Source of the DNA: Pseudobdellovibrionaceae bacterium
Lineage (GTDB): Bacteria > Bdellovibrionota > Bdellovibrionia > Bdellovibrionales > Bdellovibrionaceae
Length of the DNA: 47,805 nucleotides
NCBI GenBank assembly: GCA_947374445.1
Contig: CANCBY010000001.1
Span: 1-47,805 of the forward strand
Direction of reading: 5' to 3'
A program made the translations under genes and the position numbers. Of the stretch, positions 24,882-33,948 are shown in pieces (the first letter of the stretch is position 1; each line of letters begins with the position of its first letter). The notes beneath the pieces are model-generated. The model saw only the letters and a list, made by a program, of their open reading frames with translations, made no database searches and was not told where the DNA came from.

Positions 24882-26366
24882 ATGAAAATGTCTCGAGATC
24901 ACATAATACTCAGTATCAATGGCCGTCAGCATGAGATTCGTGGTGAGCATGCATTTATGAATCTGTCGGAATACTTGCGTTACCAAGCAGGGCTTGCAGG
25001 AACAAAAATTGTCTGTGCTGAGGGTGATTGTGGAGCTTGTTCGGTCTTGGTGGCGAAGACTAGTGATCCAATACGTGATCAGCCTGTAAAGTTCAAGAGT
25101 ATCAACTCTTGTATTCAGCCTGTTTTTAATTTGGATGGTTGCATAGTTGTCACGGTTGAGGCGTTGGCATCAGCCAAAGAGTTGAGCGCTGTTCAACAGT
25201 CGATGGTCGATCAGCAAGGGGCTCAATGCGGATATTGCACTCCCGGGATTTGCATTTCGCTTAGTTACCTAAAGGAACAGACTGGCGGAACTGCGGAAGA
25301 GATTATACCATCCAAAGCGAAAAATTTTTTGACCGGAAATCTCTGCCGATGCACGGGTTACGAGCCGATCATTAAAGCGGCTTGCGGATTGGTCGACGTA
25401 AAAGAGAGTTCACTGAGTAAAAGGTTTCTAACGGCTTCTCAAGTATCGACGCTAAAAGGTGCAACACAAACTGATGTCTATTTTGGGTTTAATAGACCAG
25501 GCCTTGAGCCCATCGAGGTTTGGATACCATCAAGCAAAGAGTCTTTGTTTGGCATGCTTGGCAAGGGGCGATTGATTTCGGGTGCAACGGACTTGGGAGT
25601 CCAGCGCAACAAAGGGCGTCTCGGTGAATCACGATTTATCTCTTTGCAAAAAATAGCGGAGCTAAAGCAGGCCGTAGTAACAAATGGTTTATTACGAATT
25701 GGAGCAGGTCTGACTTGGGATCAGGTGCAAGATTTTTTGCAGGATGATTTTTCTGACTTTGCAGATTCTATAAATTTATTTGCTTCGCCGCAGATTAAGC
25801 ATATTGGAACCTTGGCCGGAAATATTATCAATGCCTCACCCATTGCCGACGGGGTGCCTTTTTTGCTGGTGAATGAAGCGGAGCTTTTGTTGCTCGGGTC
25901 TGGTGGCAAAGAAAGGCGAGTGCCGATTTCTGATTTTTACCAGGGTTATAAAAAGATAGGGATGGCTTCTGATGAGATTTTGTGGGCTGTTCTCTTGCCA
26001 AAAAATAAATTAAAACAAAGAGTGTATAAAGTTTCTCAACGCAAAGATTTAGATATCGCGACGATCAATTTGGCGATTGCATATGAACTTAAAGAAGGAG
26101 TTTTTTCTCATTTGAAACTGGCCTTTGGCGGTGTTGCAGAGACTTCACTGCGAATGACATCTATTGAGAGTCTTGCCCTTGGCCGCAAACCTGATGCATT
26201 GTTTGTCGCTGATTGTGCCAAGGCCATTGATCTTGCACTCAGGCCTTTGAGTGATGTCAGAGGCTCGTCTAAATACCGCATGCTATTAGCAAAGAACCTC
26301 ATCCAAAAATGGGTTGTAGAAATTGATTTAGAATCTCAGCAAAATGTGAATGAGGCGAATGTATGA
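24882..26366 (+). CDS. xdhA: xanthine dehydrogenase small subunit (2Fe-2S plus FAD-binding domains)
   Basis: CAEGDCGACSV, CGYCTPG and CRCTGY iron-sulfur motifs, followed by an FAD-binding/CO-dehydrogenase flavoprotein domain (GATDLGV...). Overlaps xdhB by 4 nt. Confidence 0.9.
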   Translation: MKMSRDHIILSINGRQHEIRGEHAFMNLSEYLRYQAGLAGTKIVCAEGDCGACSVLVAKTSDPIRDQPVKFKSINSCIQPVFNLDGCIVVTVEALASAKELSAVQQSMVDQQGAQCGYCTPGICISLSYLKEQTGGTAEEIIPSKAKNFLTGNLCRCTGYEPIIKAACGLVDVKESSLSKRFLTASQVSTLKGATQTDVYFGFNRPGLEPIEVWIPSSKESLFGMLGKGRLISGATDLGVQRNKGRLGESRFISLQKIAELKQAVVTNGLLRIGAGLTWDQVQDFLQDDFSDFADSINLFASPQIKHIGTLAGNIINASPIADGVPFLLVNEAELLLLGSGGKERRVPISDFYQGYKKIGMASDEILWAVLLPKNKLKQRVYKVSQRKDLDIATINLAIAYELKEGVFSHLKLAFGGVAETSLRMTSIESLALGRKPDALFVADCAKAIDLALRPLSDVRGSSKYRMLLAKNLIQKWVVEIDLESQQNVNEANV

Positions 26367-28699
26367 AGCACGGGCATTCTTCAGCTCATGACTCCGCTGT
26401 TTCGCATGTGACGGGTCAGAGCCAGTATGTCGACGACAGGCAAATGTTGAAAAATGAGCTTTTAGTTGGCTATGTCACAGCCAAAGTGGCTTGTGGCAAA
26501 ATCCAGAATATTGACTTTTCGAAGGCGTTGAAAGTTCCTGGCGTTGTTTGTGTTTTAACCGCGAGTGATCTGGCTCACAATAATTGGGGTACCATTGTTC
26601 AGGACCAACCGCTTTTAGCTCAAAGCCAGGTGGAATATTTTGATGAGCCTGTCGCGATTGTTGCGGCAGAGAGTGAGCAGGCATTGTCTTTGGCTAAAAA
26701 AATGATTTTGGTTGAGATTCAAGCTCTGCCTGCAGTTTTGACGATTCAAGAAGCTGTGAACAAAAAGATGTTTCTTTCGGTGGCCGAGCCCTTTATCAAA
26801 GGTGATTTCAATCAGGCTATGGCTGTGGCTCCACACAAACTTAAGGGAGAGCTCTCTCTTGGCGGTCAAGAGCATTTTTACATGGAGAATCAAGCTGCAG
26901 TTGTTTACTCCTCAGAGAACGGACATTTTGAAGTTCATTCTTCGACTCAACATCCAACCGAAACTCAGCATGTTGTAGCTAAAGCCTTAGGTATTGAATT
27001 CCATAAAGTGACTTGCATCGTAAAACGCTTGGGCGGTGGCTTCGGTGGTAAAGAGTCTCAGGCAGCTCCGATGGCAGCCATGGCTGCACTGGTCGCGCAA
27101 AAGACAGGTCGGGCTGCGCGTATGGTTCTCACCAAAGATGAAGACATGAAGATCACCGGTAAACGTCATCCATTTTGGCATCGCTACGAAATCGGTTTTG
27201 ACGAAAATGGAAAAATTCAAGCCGCCCGCTTTGAATTGTATGCTGACGGGGGCGCTTACACCGATCTTTCGCCTTCGATTTTAGAGCGAGCAATGTTTCA
27301 TGTAGATGGAGCTTATTATCTACCGAATGTAGAAATTTATGCGGCCTGCTGTAAAACCAACACTTATTCAAACACTGCTTTTCGTGGTTTTGGCGGCCCT
27401 CAAGGAACTTTTTTAATTGAGAGCTTGCTAGAGGACATTGCTGTTTTTTTAAAAAAAGACTCTTTCGATATTCGCACTTTGAACTCATATCAAGGTGATC
27501 GTAATTTGACTCCTTACGGGCAAAAGATTGAGCAAAATCCCTTGCCTGAGATTTTTTCAAAGCTGCGAAAGTCTTCAGATTATGATTCTCGACGCCAAGA
27601 GATTTTAAAGTTTAACTCCAAAGATAAATTTAAGCTTCGGGGTTTGTCGATGACAGCGACAAAGTTTGGCATTGCATTTACCGCGAGATTTTTAAATCAG
27701 GGCAATGCCTTAGTGAATTTGCATGTAGACGGAACGGCGCAGGTTTCAACCGGTGCTGTCGAAATGGGGCAGGGAGTAAATACTAAGATCTGCCAGTTGG
27801 TCGCTGAGGTTTTTGGTATTGATTCAAAAAAGATTTCCGTGATGACCACGTCGACGGAAAAAAATGCCAACACTTCTCCCACGGCCGCATCGAGCGGTGC
27901 TGATATTAATGGAGCTGCAGCGGTCAAGGCGGCGCAGGCGATCCGCCAGCGTTTAGCTCGATTGGCCGAAATGTATTTTGCGGGACAAACTTTTGATGCT
28001 TTGAATGAGTATCAGCTTTCGCAGAGTGCTGAAAATTTATCGCATTTTATTTTCAAAGAGGGTCAAGTGCATTGCACGCGAACAAATCAGAAAATTATTT
28101 TTTCTGATTTGTTAAAGAAAGCCCATTTGAATCGAATTTCCCTTTCCGAGTACGCTCATTTTAAGACCGAAGGGCTTGGTTTCGATAAAAAAACGATAAC
28201 AGGAACGCCATTTAAGTATTTTACTTTTGGAGCGGCTGTCACAGAAGTTGAGATTGATCGCTTCACTGGCGAAAGCAAAGTGCTTCGAACAGACATTTTG
28301 ATGGATCTGGGGCGGAGTCTTAATCCTGCCATTGATCGAGGACAGACCACGGGTGCGTTTGTACAAGGTTTGGGTTGGGTGCTTCTCGAGAAGCTGTATC
28401 ATAATACTTCAGGTGAGTTGCTTTCGCATTCGCCAACAACCTACAAAATTCCGAATGTTCAAGATACACCTCGAATATTTAACGTGGACTTTATTGAAGC
28501 CTATAAAGCTGAGGGCGTAGGTATCGGCGCTAAGGCTGTTGGGGAGCCACCTTTTTTGTTGGGTATTAGTTGCTGGACAGCAGTAAAAAATGCCTTGGCG
28601 GGGTTGGAGTCGTCGCGGCGTCCTGACTTTTCAAGTCCGGCAACCGGGGAAGTAATTCTGTTTGAAATAGAAAGGCTTAAAAGTGAGTCTTCGCTTTGA
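26363..28699 (+). CDS. xdhB: xanthine dehydrogenase molybdopterin-binding subunit
   Basis: Aldehyde oxidase/xanthine dehydrogenase a/b-hammerhead and MoCo domains: RLGGGFGGKE, NTAFRGFGGPQG, VEMGQGVNTK, VGEPPFLL. Confidence 0.92.
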   Translation: MKHGHSSAHDSAVSHVTGQSQYVDDRQMLKNELLVGYVTAKVACGKIQNIDFSKALKVPGVVCVLTASDLAHNNWGTIVQDQPLLAQSQVEYFDEPVAIVAAESEQALSLAKKMILVEIQALPAVLTIQEAVNKKMFLSVAEPFIKGDFNQAMAVAPHKLKGELSLGGQEHFYMENQAAVVYSSENGHFEVHSSTQHPTETQHVVAKALGIEFHKVTCIVKRLGGGFGGKESQAAPMAAMAALVAQKTGRAARMVLTKDEDMKITGKRHPFWHRYEIGFDENGKIQAARFELYADGGAYTDLSPSILERAMFHVDGAYYLPNVEIYAACCKTNTYSNTAFRGFGGPQGTFLIESLLEDIAVFLKKDSFDIRTLNSYQGDRNLTPYGQKIEQNPLPEIFSKLRKSSDYDSRRQEILKFNSKDKFKLRGLSMTATKFGIAFTARFLNQGNALVNLHVDGTAQVSTGAVEMGQGVNTKICQLVAEVFGIDSKKISVMTTSTEKNANTSPTAASSGADINGAAAVKAAQAIRQRLARLAEMYFAGQTFDALNEYQLSQSAENLSHFIFKEGQVHCTRTNQKIIFSDLLKKAHLNRISLSEYAHFKTEGLGFDKKTITGTPFKYFTFGAAVTEVEIDRFTGESKVLRTDILMDLGRSLNPAIDRGQTTGAFVQGLGWVLLEKLYHNTSGELLSHSPTTYKIPNVQDTPRIFNVDFIEAYKAEGVGIGAKAVGEPPFLLGISCWTAVKNALAGLESSRRPDFSSPATGEVILFEIERLKSESSL

Positions 28700-29474
28700 A
28701 GCCTATATAGAAAAATATCAAGAGCTCAAAGCTTTGCGTTTGGATTTTGTCACGGTCACATTGGTGAAGATTCTCGGAAGTGCTCCGCAAGATCTCGGTG
28801 CTCGGATGATTGTGTCTCACGAGGGTCTTTTCTGGGGCACAGTCGGCGGCGGAAAAATTGAAAATCACATGATTAAAAAAGCGCAGGAGCTGTTATTCAA
28901 GCCCGGTCTTTATTTGCAGGAGCTCGAAGTTAATCTGCAAAATGATATCGGGATGAGTTGCGGAGGCGCTGTAGGTTTTTTGCTCGAAGCCGAGCGGGCC
29001 GACAGCCTCTGGTCGATTGCAGTTTTTGGGGCAGGGCACGTTGCGCAAGAGCTGATTCCACTTTTGTTGCCGCTTGAGGCTCGTATTCAATGCTTTGACA
29101 CTCGAAAAGAGTGGATTGATAGGCTGCCAACAGCGGCTCATTTATCGAAGTCCCTGGTCGAAGATATGGCTGGGCAAGTTGCAGCTCTTTCTGAGAAGAC
29201 ATTTCTAGTCTCAATCACGATGGGGCACAGTTCAGATTTGCCAATTTTAGATAAGGCTCTTCAAAGAAAGTTTCCTTTTATTGGAGTGATCGGAAGTGAG
29301 CTTAAAGCAAAAAAGCTAGCTCAAGAGCTTTTGTCTTTAGGCCACGCCGAGCAAAGCGTTTCAAGAATGGTATGCCCTTTGGGGTTAAAACTAGGGACCA
29401 ATGCTCCTTATGAAATAGCCGTGAGTATTTTAGCGCAGTTGATTCAGGAGAGAGACAAGAGTTTGCTCGAATAG
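28683..29474 (+). CDS. xdhC: xanthine dehydrogenase accessory (MoCo insertion) protein XdhC
   Basis: XdhC/CoxI layout: VTLVKILGSAPQDLGARMIV...GTVGGG N-domain, then Rossmann-like IAVFGAGHVAQEL. GTG start overlaps the xdhB end. Confidence 0.85.
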   Translation: MSLRFEAYIEKYQELKALRLDFVTVTLVKILGSAPQDLGARMIVSHEGLFWGTVGGGKIENHMIKKAQELLFKPGLYLQELEVNLQNDIGMSCGGAVGFLLEAERADSLWSIAVFGAGHVAQELIPLLLPLEARIQCFDTRKEWIDRLPTAAHLSKSLVEDMAGQVAALSEKTFLVSITMGHSSDLPILDKALQRKFPFIGVIGSELKAKKLAQELLSLGHAEQSVSRMVCPLGLKLGTNAPYEIAVSILAQLIQERDKSLLE

Positions 29475-29479
29475 TTAGT

Positions 29480-30757
29480 TTAAGAACTTCGGGCCAAAGT
29501 GCAAAGTTGATCACATCTGTCATTGTAGAAATGACCTCTGTGAGCTGGTATCCAAGTCCACTCGATTTTTATTTTTTCGGTCGCTGCATTTAATTTCAGG
29601 ATAAAATCGATATCAGGGATAGGTTTTCCATTTTTTTTTACCCAGCCGTTGTTTTTCCAGGCCGGCGCTTTTTGGATTGCAATCTCTGTTAGGACTCTTG
29701 AATCGGTGTAGAGGCGAACGTTTTTTTTGCGCAAGTTTTTTTGTTGAAAATGAGCGCATGTTTCAAGATAGGTGAGCGCTTCAATAGCAGCCTGAATTTC
29801 CATTCTTAGCGAAGTTGTTGGTGCAATGACGCGATCTGAGGACTCATGTACAACTTGATTGTTAACTAAGACCAGGTAGGCCCAGCTGCCAACATTATTC
29901 TTAAGGCTGCCATCGGTGTAGATTTGAATGGACGATGCTTGCGCTAGGCGGGTCGACAAAAGTGTCAGTGGAAATTTGAGAGCCTTAGCCAGCCATGAAT
30001 TTTCAGAAATCACCGATCCAAAAAATGGAGCTACCACGTAGTAGAACGATGTTAAAAATCGTCCAGCAAAATGCTTTTCAAGAACGTCATCTCGAAACTC
30101 TCTGAGTGCAAGAACTTCGGGCGCAAAAGTATTACCAAAAACTGCTGTGGCGACAAAGCAACTTTTGCCGCCTCCGAGTTCTTTATTTAGCTGCTTGTAG
30201 AGAGCTGGATTTTTTGAAGTGCGCGCTGCAATTCGTGCCTTTCGTGCCATAGTTGGAACGAAGCTTGTGTCTTTAATCAAAGCTGAAAATTCAGAACAAA
30301 TCTGTGCCTGCTGTTCTGGTTGGCCACGATCATAGATGGCAATTAAATCCCACAGCACAAAGAGGTACGTGGTGAACTCATCTGACTTGCCCATTTCGTC
30401 AAATATTTTTTGATTTAGTTCGCTTCGGGGTTTACCAAAAGTCTCTTCGAGAACTTTAATGTAATTCAAATAATGAAGTAGGGACTCGTCATAGTTGTAG
30501 TCTTTAAAAGCCATTATTCCGGCTTTGACGTAATCGCCTCTTGAGCGCCAGAGAATCATTTTTTTGAGCTCTTTGGGGTCGACCTTGTTTTCAATTAAGC
30601 TTGGTGTTGCCAAGAGCTGACTGAAAATATTTCGACAGGACTCGCAGGCTCTCGAAAAAACGGCGTCGGCCGACTGTTGAGTCAGCAGGCCATCTCGCAC
30701 CTCAGGGGGTACGAGTGCACATGTTTCGGTTTCAGAATGACAGCGAGGACATTTCAT
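29480..30757 (-). CDS. multidomain protein: N-terminal 4-Cys zinc ribbon, helical region, CFVATAVFG-motif module, C-terminal RNase HI domain
   Basis: CPRC...CESC at the N-terminus. CFVATAVFGNTFAPEVLALREFRDDVL in the middle. C-terminal RNase H with DEDD contexts IYTDGS, RMEIQAAIEAL, LYTDS and HFYNDRCDQL. Confidence 0.7.
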   Translation of the reverse strand: MKCPRCHSETETCALVPPEVRDGLLTQQSADAVFSRACESCRNIFSQLLATPSLIENKVDPKELKKMILWRSRGDYVKAGIMAFKDYNYDESLLHYLNYIKVLEETFGKPRSELNQKIFDEMGKSDEFTTYLFVLWDLIAIYDRGQPEQQAQICSEFSALIKDTSFVPTMARKARIAARTSKNPALYKQLNKELGGGKSCFVATAVFGNTFAPEVLALREFRDDVLEKHFAGRFLTSFYYVVAPFFGSVISENSWLAKALKFPLTLLSTRLAQASSIQIYTDGSLKNNVGSWAYLVLVNNQVVHESSDRVIAPTTSLRMEIQAAIEALTYLETCAHFQQKNLRKKNVRLYTDSRVLTEIAIQKAPAWKNNGWVKKNGKPIPDIDFILKLNAATEKIKIEWTWIPAHRGHFYNDRCDQLCTLARSS

Positions 30758-30822
30758 CGGACTTAAAGTCTAATCTGCAGAGTCGGCAACTTCAAGTTCG
30801 ACTTCGAGTTTTGCCTCTCAGG

Positions 30823-32100
30823 TTACTTGTCTTTCTGATTGTAATTCTGGTTGTAGCTCTGGCTGTCTTTTGGTTTTACTTTGGCGAATTTATCGATGAA
30901 GTGTTGGGTCATAGCTTCGACATCTTGCTTCCAAGTTTTAAGTGGAATTCTAGACACAAGATTGGTCCAGGCCTCAGGTTGTTGCACGGCTCTTGAGTGG
31001 ATAAATCCAAGCGCGTAGGCTTCATAATAAATTACATCACGATTTTCCTTCAAGGTCTTGTCATCTAAGGCTTTATCTGGATCTAGCTGAAGATCAAATC
31101 CAATATTGCCCCAAAACTTTGGACGTAGAATAAACTCTTGATCACGAATCGTTACTCCCTTGAACCAGGGCGAAGGGTTTAGTCCCTGTGTCACCCAGAG
31201 AGTATTGTTGATGCGCTCAAGAGCTGCTGGAACCTCTTGTGTTCTCATCACGGCGACCGCAGGAGCGATCAGTTTTTTCATCTCAAGATGGAGAGGGACT
31301 CCGTTGTTATTAACAAGTATCTCAAAGCGCAAAAGGCCCGATGAACCACCGCCGACTTTGTGAGTTGAAACCATATCTAGGATTTTCACGTTGGGAGAAA
31401 GCACACCTGAAAGACTTGCTAGGCCTGCCTTGATTTGCTGGACTTGGTCAGGCGTGACCTCGCGCATGTAAGGATCGCGAAGGATGCGGGTGCCAGAAAT
31501 TCGGGAAGGATTTGGAAAAGTTCCTCGCTCGCGGCTTTTAGCGGTCATCTTTTTGATCGGATCTGGAATGTCGATCACGCTGCGACGAAGTCCTGATATG
31601 TAAGACTCAATCATTTTTTCAAGCTTTACAGTCGATTCGTCGGCGCCAAGTTTTGAGCCCGGAGTTGTCACGGTCTCGTAAAGGCGGGTGCTGACCATCA
31701 AGCGGAACATATCAAGAACGATCGGGCAGGGGCCGGAGTCATCCATGTCATTGACAGAGAAGAGGTTGGCTCCATTACCCATTATGAGAACGCCAAAATT
31801 TTCAGGATGAGCATCGCCAACGCACCAGCCTGGAACGAGTCCCGCCGCTTGCATTACTTGCAAAGATCTTTGATTGACCATAGTCAGTGCGTAAAAATAG
31901 TCCACATAGCTGCGTAAAAAATGAAAAGAGTCATTGGCCGCGTTAAGTTTTTCTAGGTCTTTGCCAAAATCGTAGGGAACATCTTGTATTTTTATGGTGT
32001 CGCCATCCGCTTTTGCAGAGCTTGGTGCAAAACAAAAACTGCTGCTAATAACAAAAGAAAGCAAGATTGAGAGGGTCAGGGGAGAGATTTTCGCTAACAT
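30823..32100 (-). CDS. DUF2252 family protein with a signal peptide
   Basis: Signal peptide LTLSILLSFVISSSFCFA. WCVGDAHPENFGVLI matches the DUF2252 GD.H..NFG core. Confidence 0.65.
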   Translation of the reverse strand: MLAKISPLTLSILLSFVISSSFCFAPSSAKADGDTIKIQDVPYDFGKDLEKLNAANDSFHFLRSYVDYFYALTMVNQRSLQVMQAAGLVPGWCVGDAHPENFGVLIMGNGANLFSVNDMDDSGPCPIVLDMFRLMVSTRLYETVTTPGSKLGADESTVKLEKMIESYISGLRRSVIDIPDPIKKMTAKSRERGTFPNPSRISGTRILRDPYMREVTPDQVQQIKAGLASLSGVLSPNVKILDMVSTHKVGGGSSGLLRFEILVNNNGVPLHLEMKKLIAPAVAVMRTQEVPAALERINNTLWVTQGLNPSPWFKGVTIRDQEFILRPKFWGNIGFDLQLDPDKALDDKTLKENRDVIYYEAYALGFIHSRAVQQPEAWTNLVSRIPLKTWKQDVEAMTQHFIDKFAKVKPKDSQSYNQNYNQKDK

Positions 32101-32456
32101 AAAATTCCTGTCCTTTGAGGGTTCTTTTTACCCCATCGTGGGTTTTTAAGAAGACGATGCGAAGTTCCTGCCAAGTACCTGTTAAGACGAGGCTAATCTT
32201 AGGGTTGGTTTGAGCCTCAGTTCAAGTCTAAATTGGAACTGCCAGAGTTTTTGTGCATATAAGTGCATTCGCTTACTGTGGGCCCTGTCATGCGGGCAAC
32301 TCAGGGACGCAAATTGGCACCGTAATTGACGCCGCGAATGTTTAGAGAGTGTTAGAGAATGTACCAGAAATACCCAGCGATGACTCTCTGCAGATGAGCT
32401 CGCGGTAATGCCGATAATCATTACCCCTTTAAGGGCTGAACAGCTAGGCTGTCGGC

Positions 32457-33584
32457 ATGCAAAGGTATGAGTATTATGCCCCTCATCTAGAGAGGGTCAG
32501 TCGCAGTTTTTCATTTTGTATCGCTCGACTTGAAGGACGGTTTAGAGATCAAGTTGGGCTTTCCTATTTGATCTTGAGGGTTTTAGATACGATTGAAGAT
32601 GCTCCTTGGAAGAGCTTTGAATTGCAGCAAGTGTCTTTTGAGACATTCAATGCTTTTATTCTGGAAACTTTAGCTCAGGATTCTCTTTCTAAAAAAATAG
32701 ATCAAGACCAATGGCTCCAGTGGGTTCAGTCTTTTCCTAGCGACATTGCCGAACACGAAGGAACGCTTTTACGAGATTCTCAGATTCTTTTTCAAGACCT
32801 TGCAAATACGGAAGTTCGAGCTCGCAAGGCCATTATTGATTCGATATTGAACATGAGTCGAGGGATGATGTTTTTTCAGTCTCAGTTCCGGGACAAAATA
32901 AAAAATAAAAACAGAATTCAAATCGCTTCTTTAGCTGAGCTCAATGGCTATTGTTTTTTTGTCGCCGGAGTTGTGGGCGAGCTATTGACAGAGTTGCTTA
33001 TTGTTCAGAGTCAAGATTTCGTATCTAATTCAAAAGTTTTTTCATATGCTGTTCAATTTGGTCTTTTTCTGCAAAAAATAAATATTCTCAAAGATCAGAT
33101 GACCGACGAAAAAGAGGGGCGGCTGTTGATTCAGTCAAGACTCGAAGTCCTCTCAAGTTTAAAAAAAGATCTTGAAGGTGCTTTTGAGTATTTAAAATCT
33201 ATTCCAAAATCAGAAGTTGGCTACAGGCTTTTTTGTGGTTGGTCATTGTTTGTTGGACTTGAGTCTTTGCCGTGGATACAGAAAAGTTGGGCGTTAAAAA
33301 TTTTAGACAAAATTCCACGAGCCTTTACTCGAAGCATTCTGAGCGAGATTGAAAAAATTATTTTAGATGATGACGCTTTGATGGAAAAATACTTGAGTCT
33401 TAAAGATTTTATTCCAGATACTTTGATGTCTGAAAAAAATAGCAGCGCAGTTATAGTTTCTGAAGGTTCTGAAGCTATAGCTTCTAACTGGATCAGTTCT
33501 GAGGCTTTTTTGCAGTTGTATCATGGTCGATTGCAAATTGAACAGCTGGCACTTCTAGAGATTTTGCCGGGGTCACAAGCGTAA
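32457..33584 (+). CDS. squalene/phytoene synthase family protein (eukaryote-type squalene-synthase-like)
   Basis: SRSFSFCIARLEGRFRDQVGLSYLILRVLDTIEDA (first Asp-rich motif DTxED) and INILKDQMTDEKEGR (second Asp-rich region), resembling SQS NIIRDYLED..GR. Confidence 0.65.
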   Translation: MQRYEYYAPHLERVSRSFSFCIARLEGRFRDQVGLSYLILRVLDTIEDAPWKSFELQQVSFETFNAFILETLAQDSLSKKIDQDQWLQWVQSFPSDIAEHEGTLLRDSQILFQDLANTEVRARKAIIDSILNMSRGMMFFQSQFRDKIKNKNRIQIASLAELNGYCFFVAGVVGELLTELLIVQSQDFVSNSKVFSYAVQFGLFLQKINILKDQMTDEKEGRLLIQSRLEVLSSLKKDLEGAFEYLKSIPKSEVGYRLFCGWSLFVGLESLPWIQKSWALKILDKIPRAFTRSILSEIEKIILDDDALMEKYLSLKDFIPDTLMSEKNSSAVIVSEGSEAIASNWISSEAFLQLYHGRLQIEQLALLEILPGSQA

Positions 33585-33615
33585 TTTGAGATCGAGCACT
33601 GGGCATGGAGGAAGT

Positions 33616-33948
33616 TTGATTAGCACACATATTTTGGACACAAGTAAAGGGCAGCCAGCTTCAGGCGTAGAGGTCTCGTTAGAAAAAAAGCAAGGTGCTC
33701 AGTGGGAGTTGGTTGATCAGCAGCGAACTAATATTGATGGTCGAGTTGTGTTTAACTGTGGCTTTCACCCGGGATTCTACCGTCTGAATTTTCAAACTGA
33801 GGCCTATTTTAAGAAGACTCTCGGGACTTCTTTTGCATCGTTTTTTGCAGATGCTATTGTTCAGTTTAATATCGAGGACACTAAAAGAAAATATCATATC
33901 CCATTGCTTCTAAATCCTTTTGGGTACAGCACCTACCGGGGGAGCTAG
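33616..33948 (+). CDS. uraH: 5-hydroxyisourate hydrolase (transthyretin-like)
   Basis: (M)ISTHILDTSKGQPASGVEV..., and the diagnostic C-terminal tetrapeptide YRGS. TTG 33616 follows GGAGGA; the ORF-track TTG 33586 is also possible. The stop TAG shares its G with the GTG start of the next gene. Confidence 0.85.
   Translation: MISTHILDTSKGQPASGVEVSLEKKQGAQWELVDQQRTNIDGRVVFNCGFHPGFYRLNFQTEAYFKKTLGTSFASFFADAIVQFNIEDTKRKYHIPLLLNPFGYSTYRGS

Noticed and set aside
32296-32336. The segment gggacgcaaattggcaccgtaattgacgcc shares ACGCAA and GCACCGUAA with the purine (guanine/adenine) riboswitch core. This was tempting in a purine-catabolic cluster.
   Set aside because: The other invariant purine-riboswitch segments (UAUAAU junction, GAUAUGG L2, UUUCUACC J2/3, GACUA J3/1) are absent. 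I could not draw the three-way junction. The local pairing is only 4 bp.
32182-32421. 79-aa minus-strand ORF in the same spacer.
   Set aside because: It has no RBS and an Arg/Ser/His/Leu-rich composition typical of a random open frame in GC-richer DNA. No family resemblance.
32101-32456. Possible housekeeping ncRNA (RNase P RNA, tmRNA, SRP RNA, 6S) in the long GC-richer spacer.
   Set aside because: I did not find GAGGAAAGUCC / ACAGAACCCGGCUUA (RNase P), a GGGG...tRNA-like end with a tag ORF (tmRNA), or the SRP GGAA/AGCA motif on either strand.
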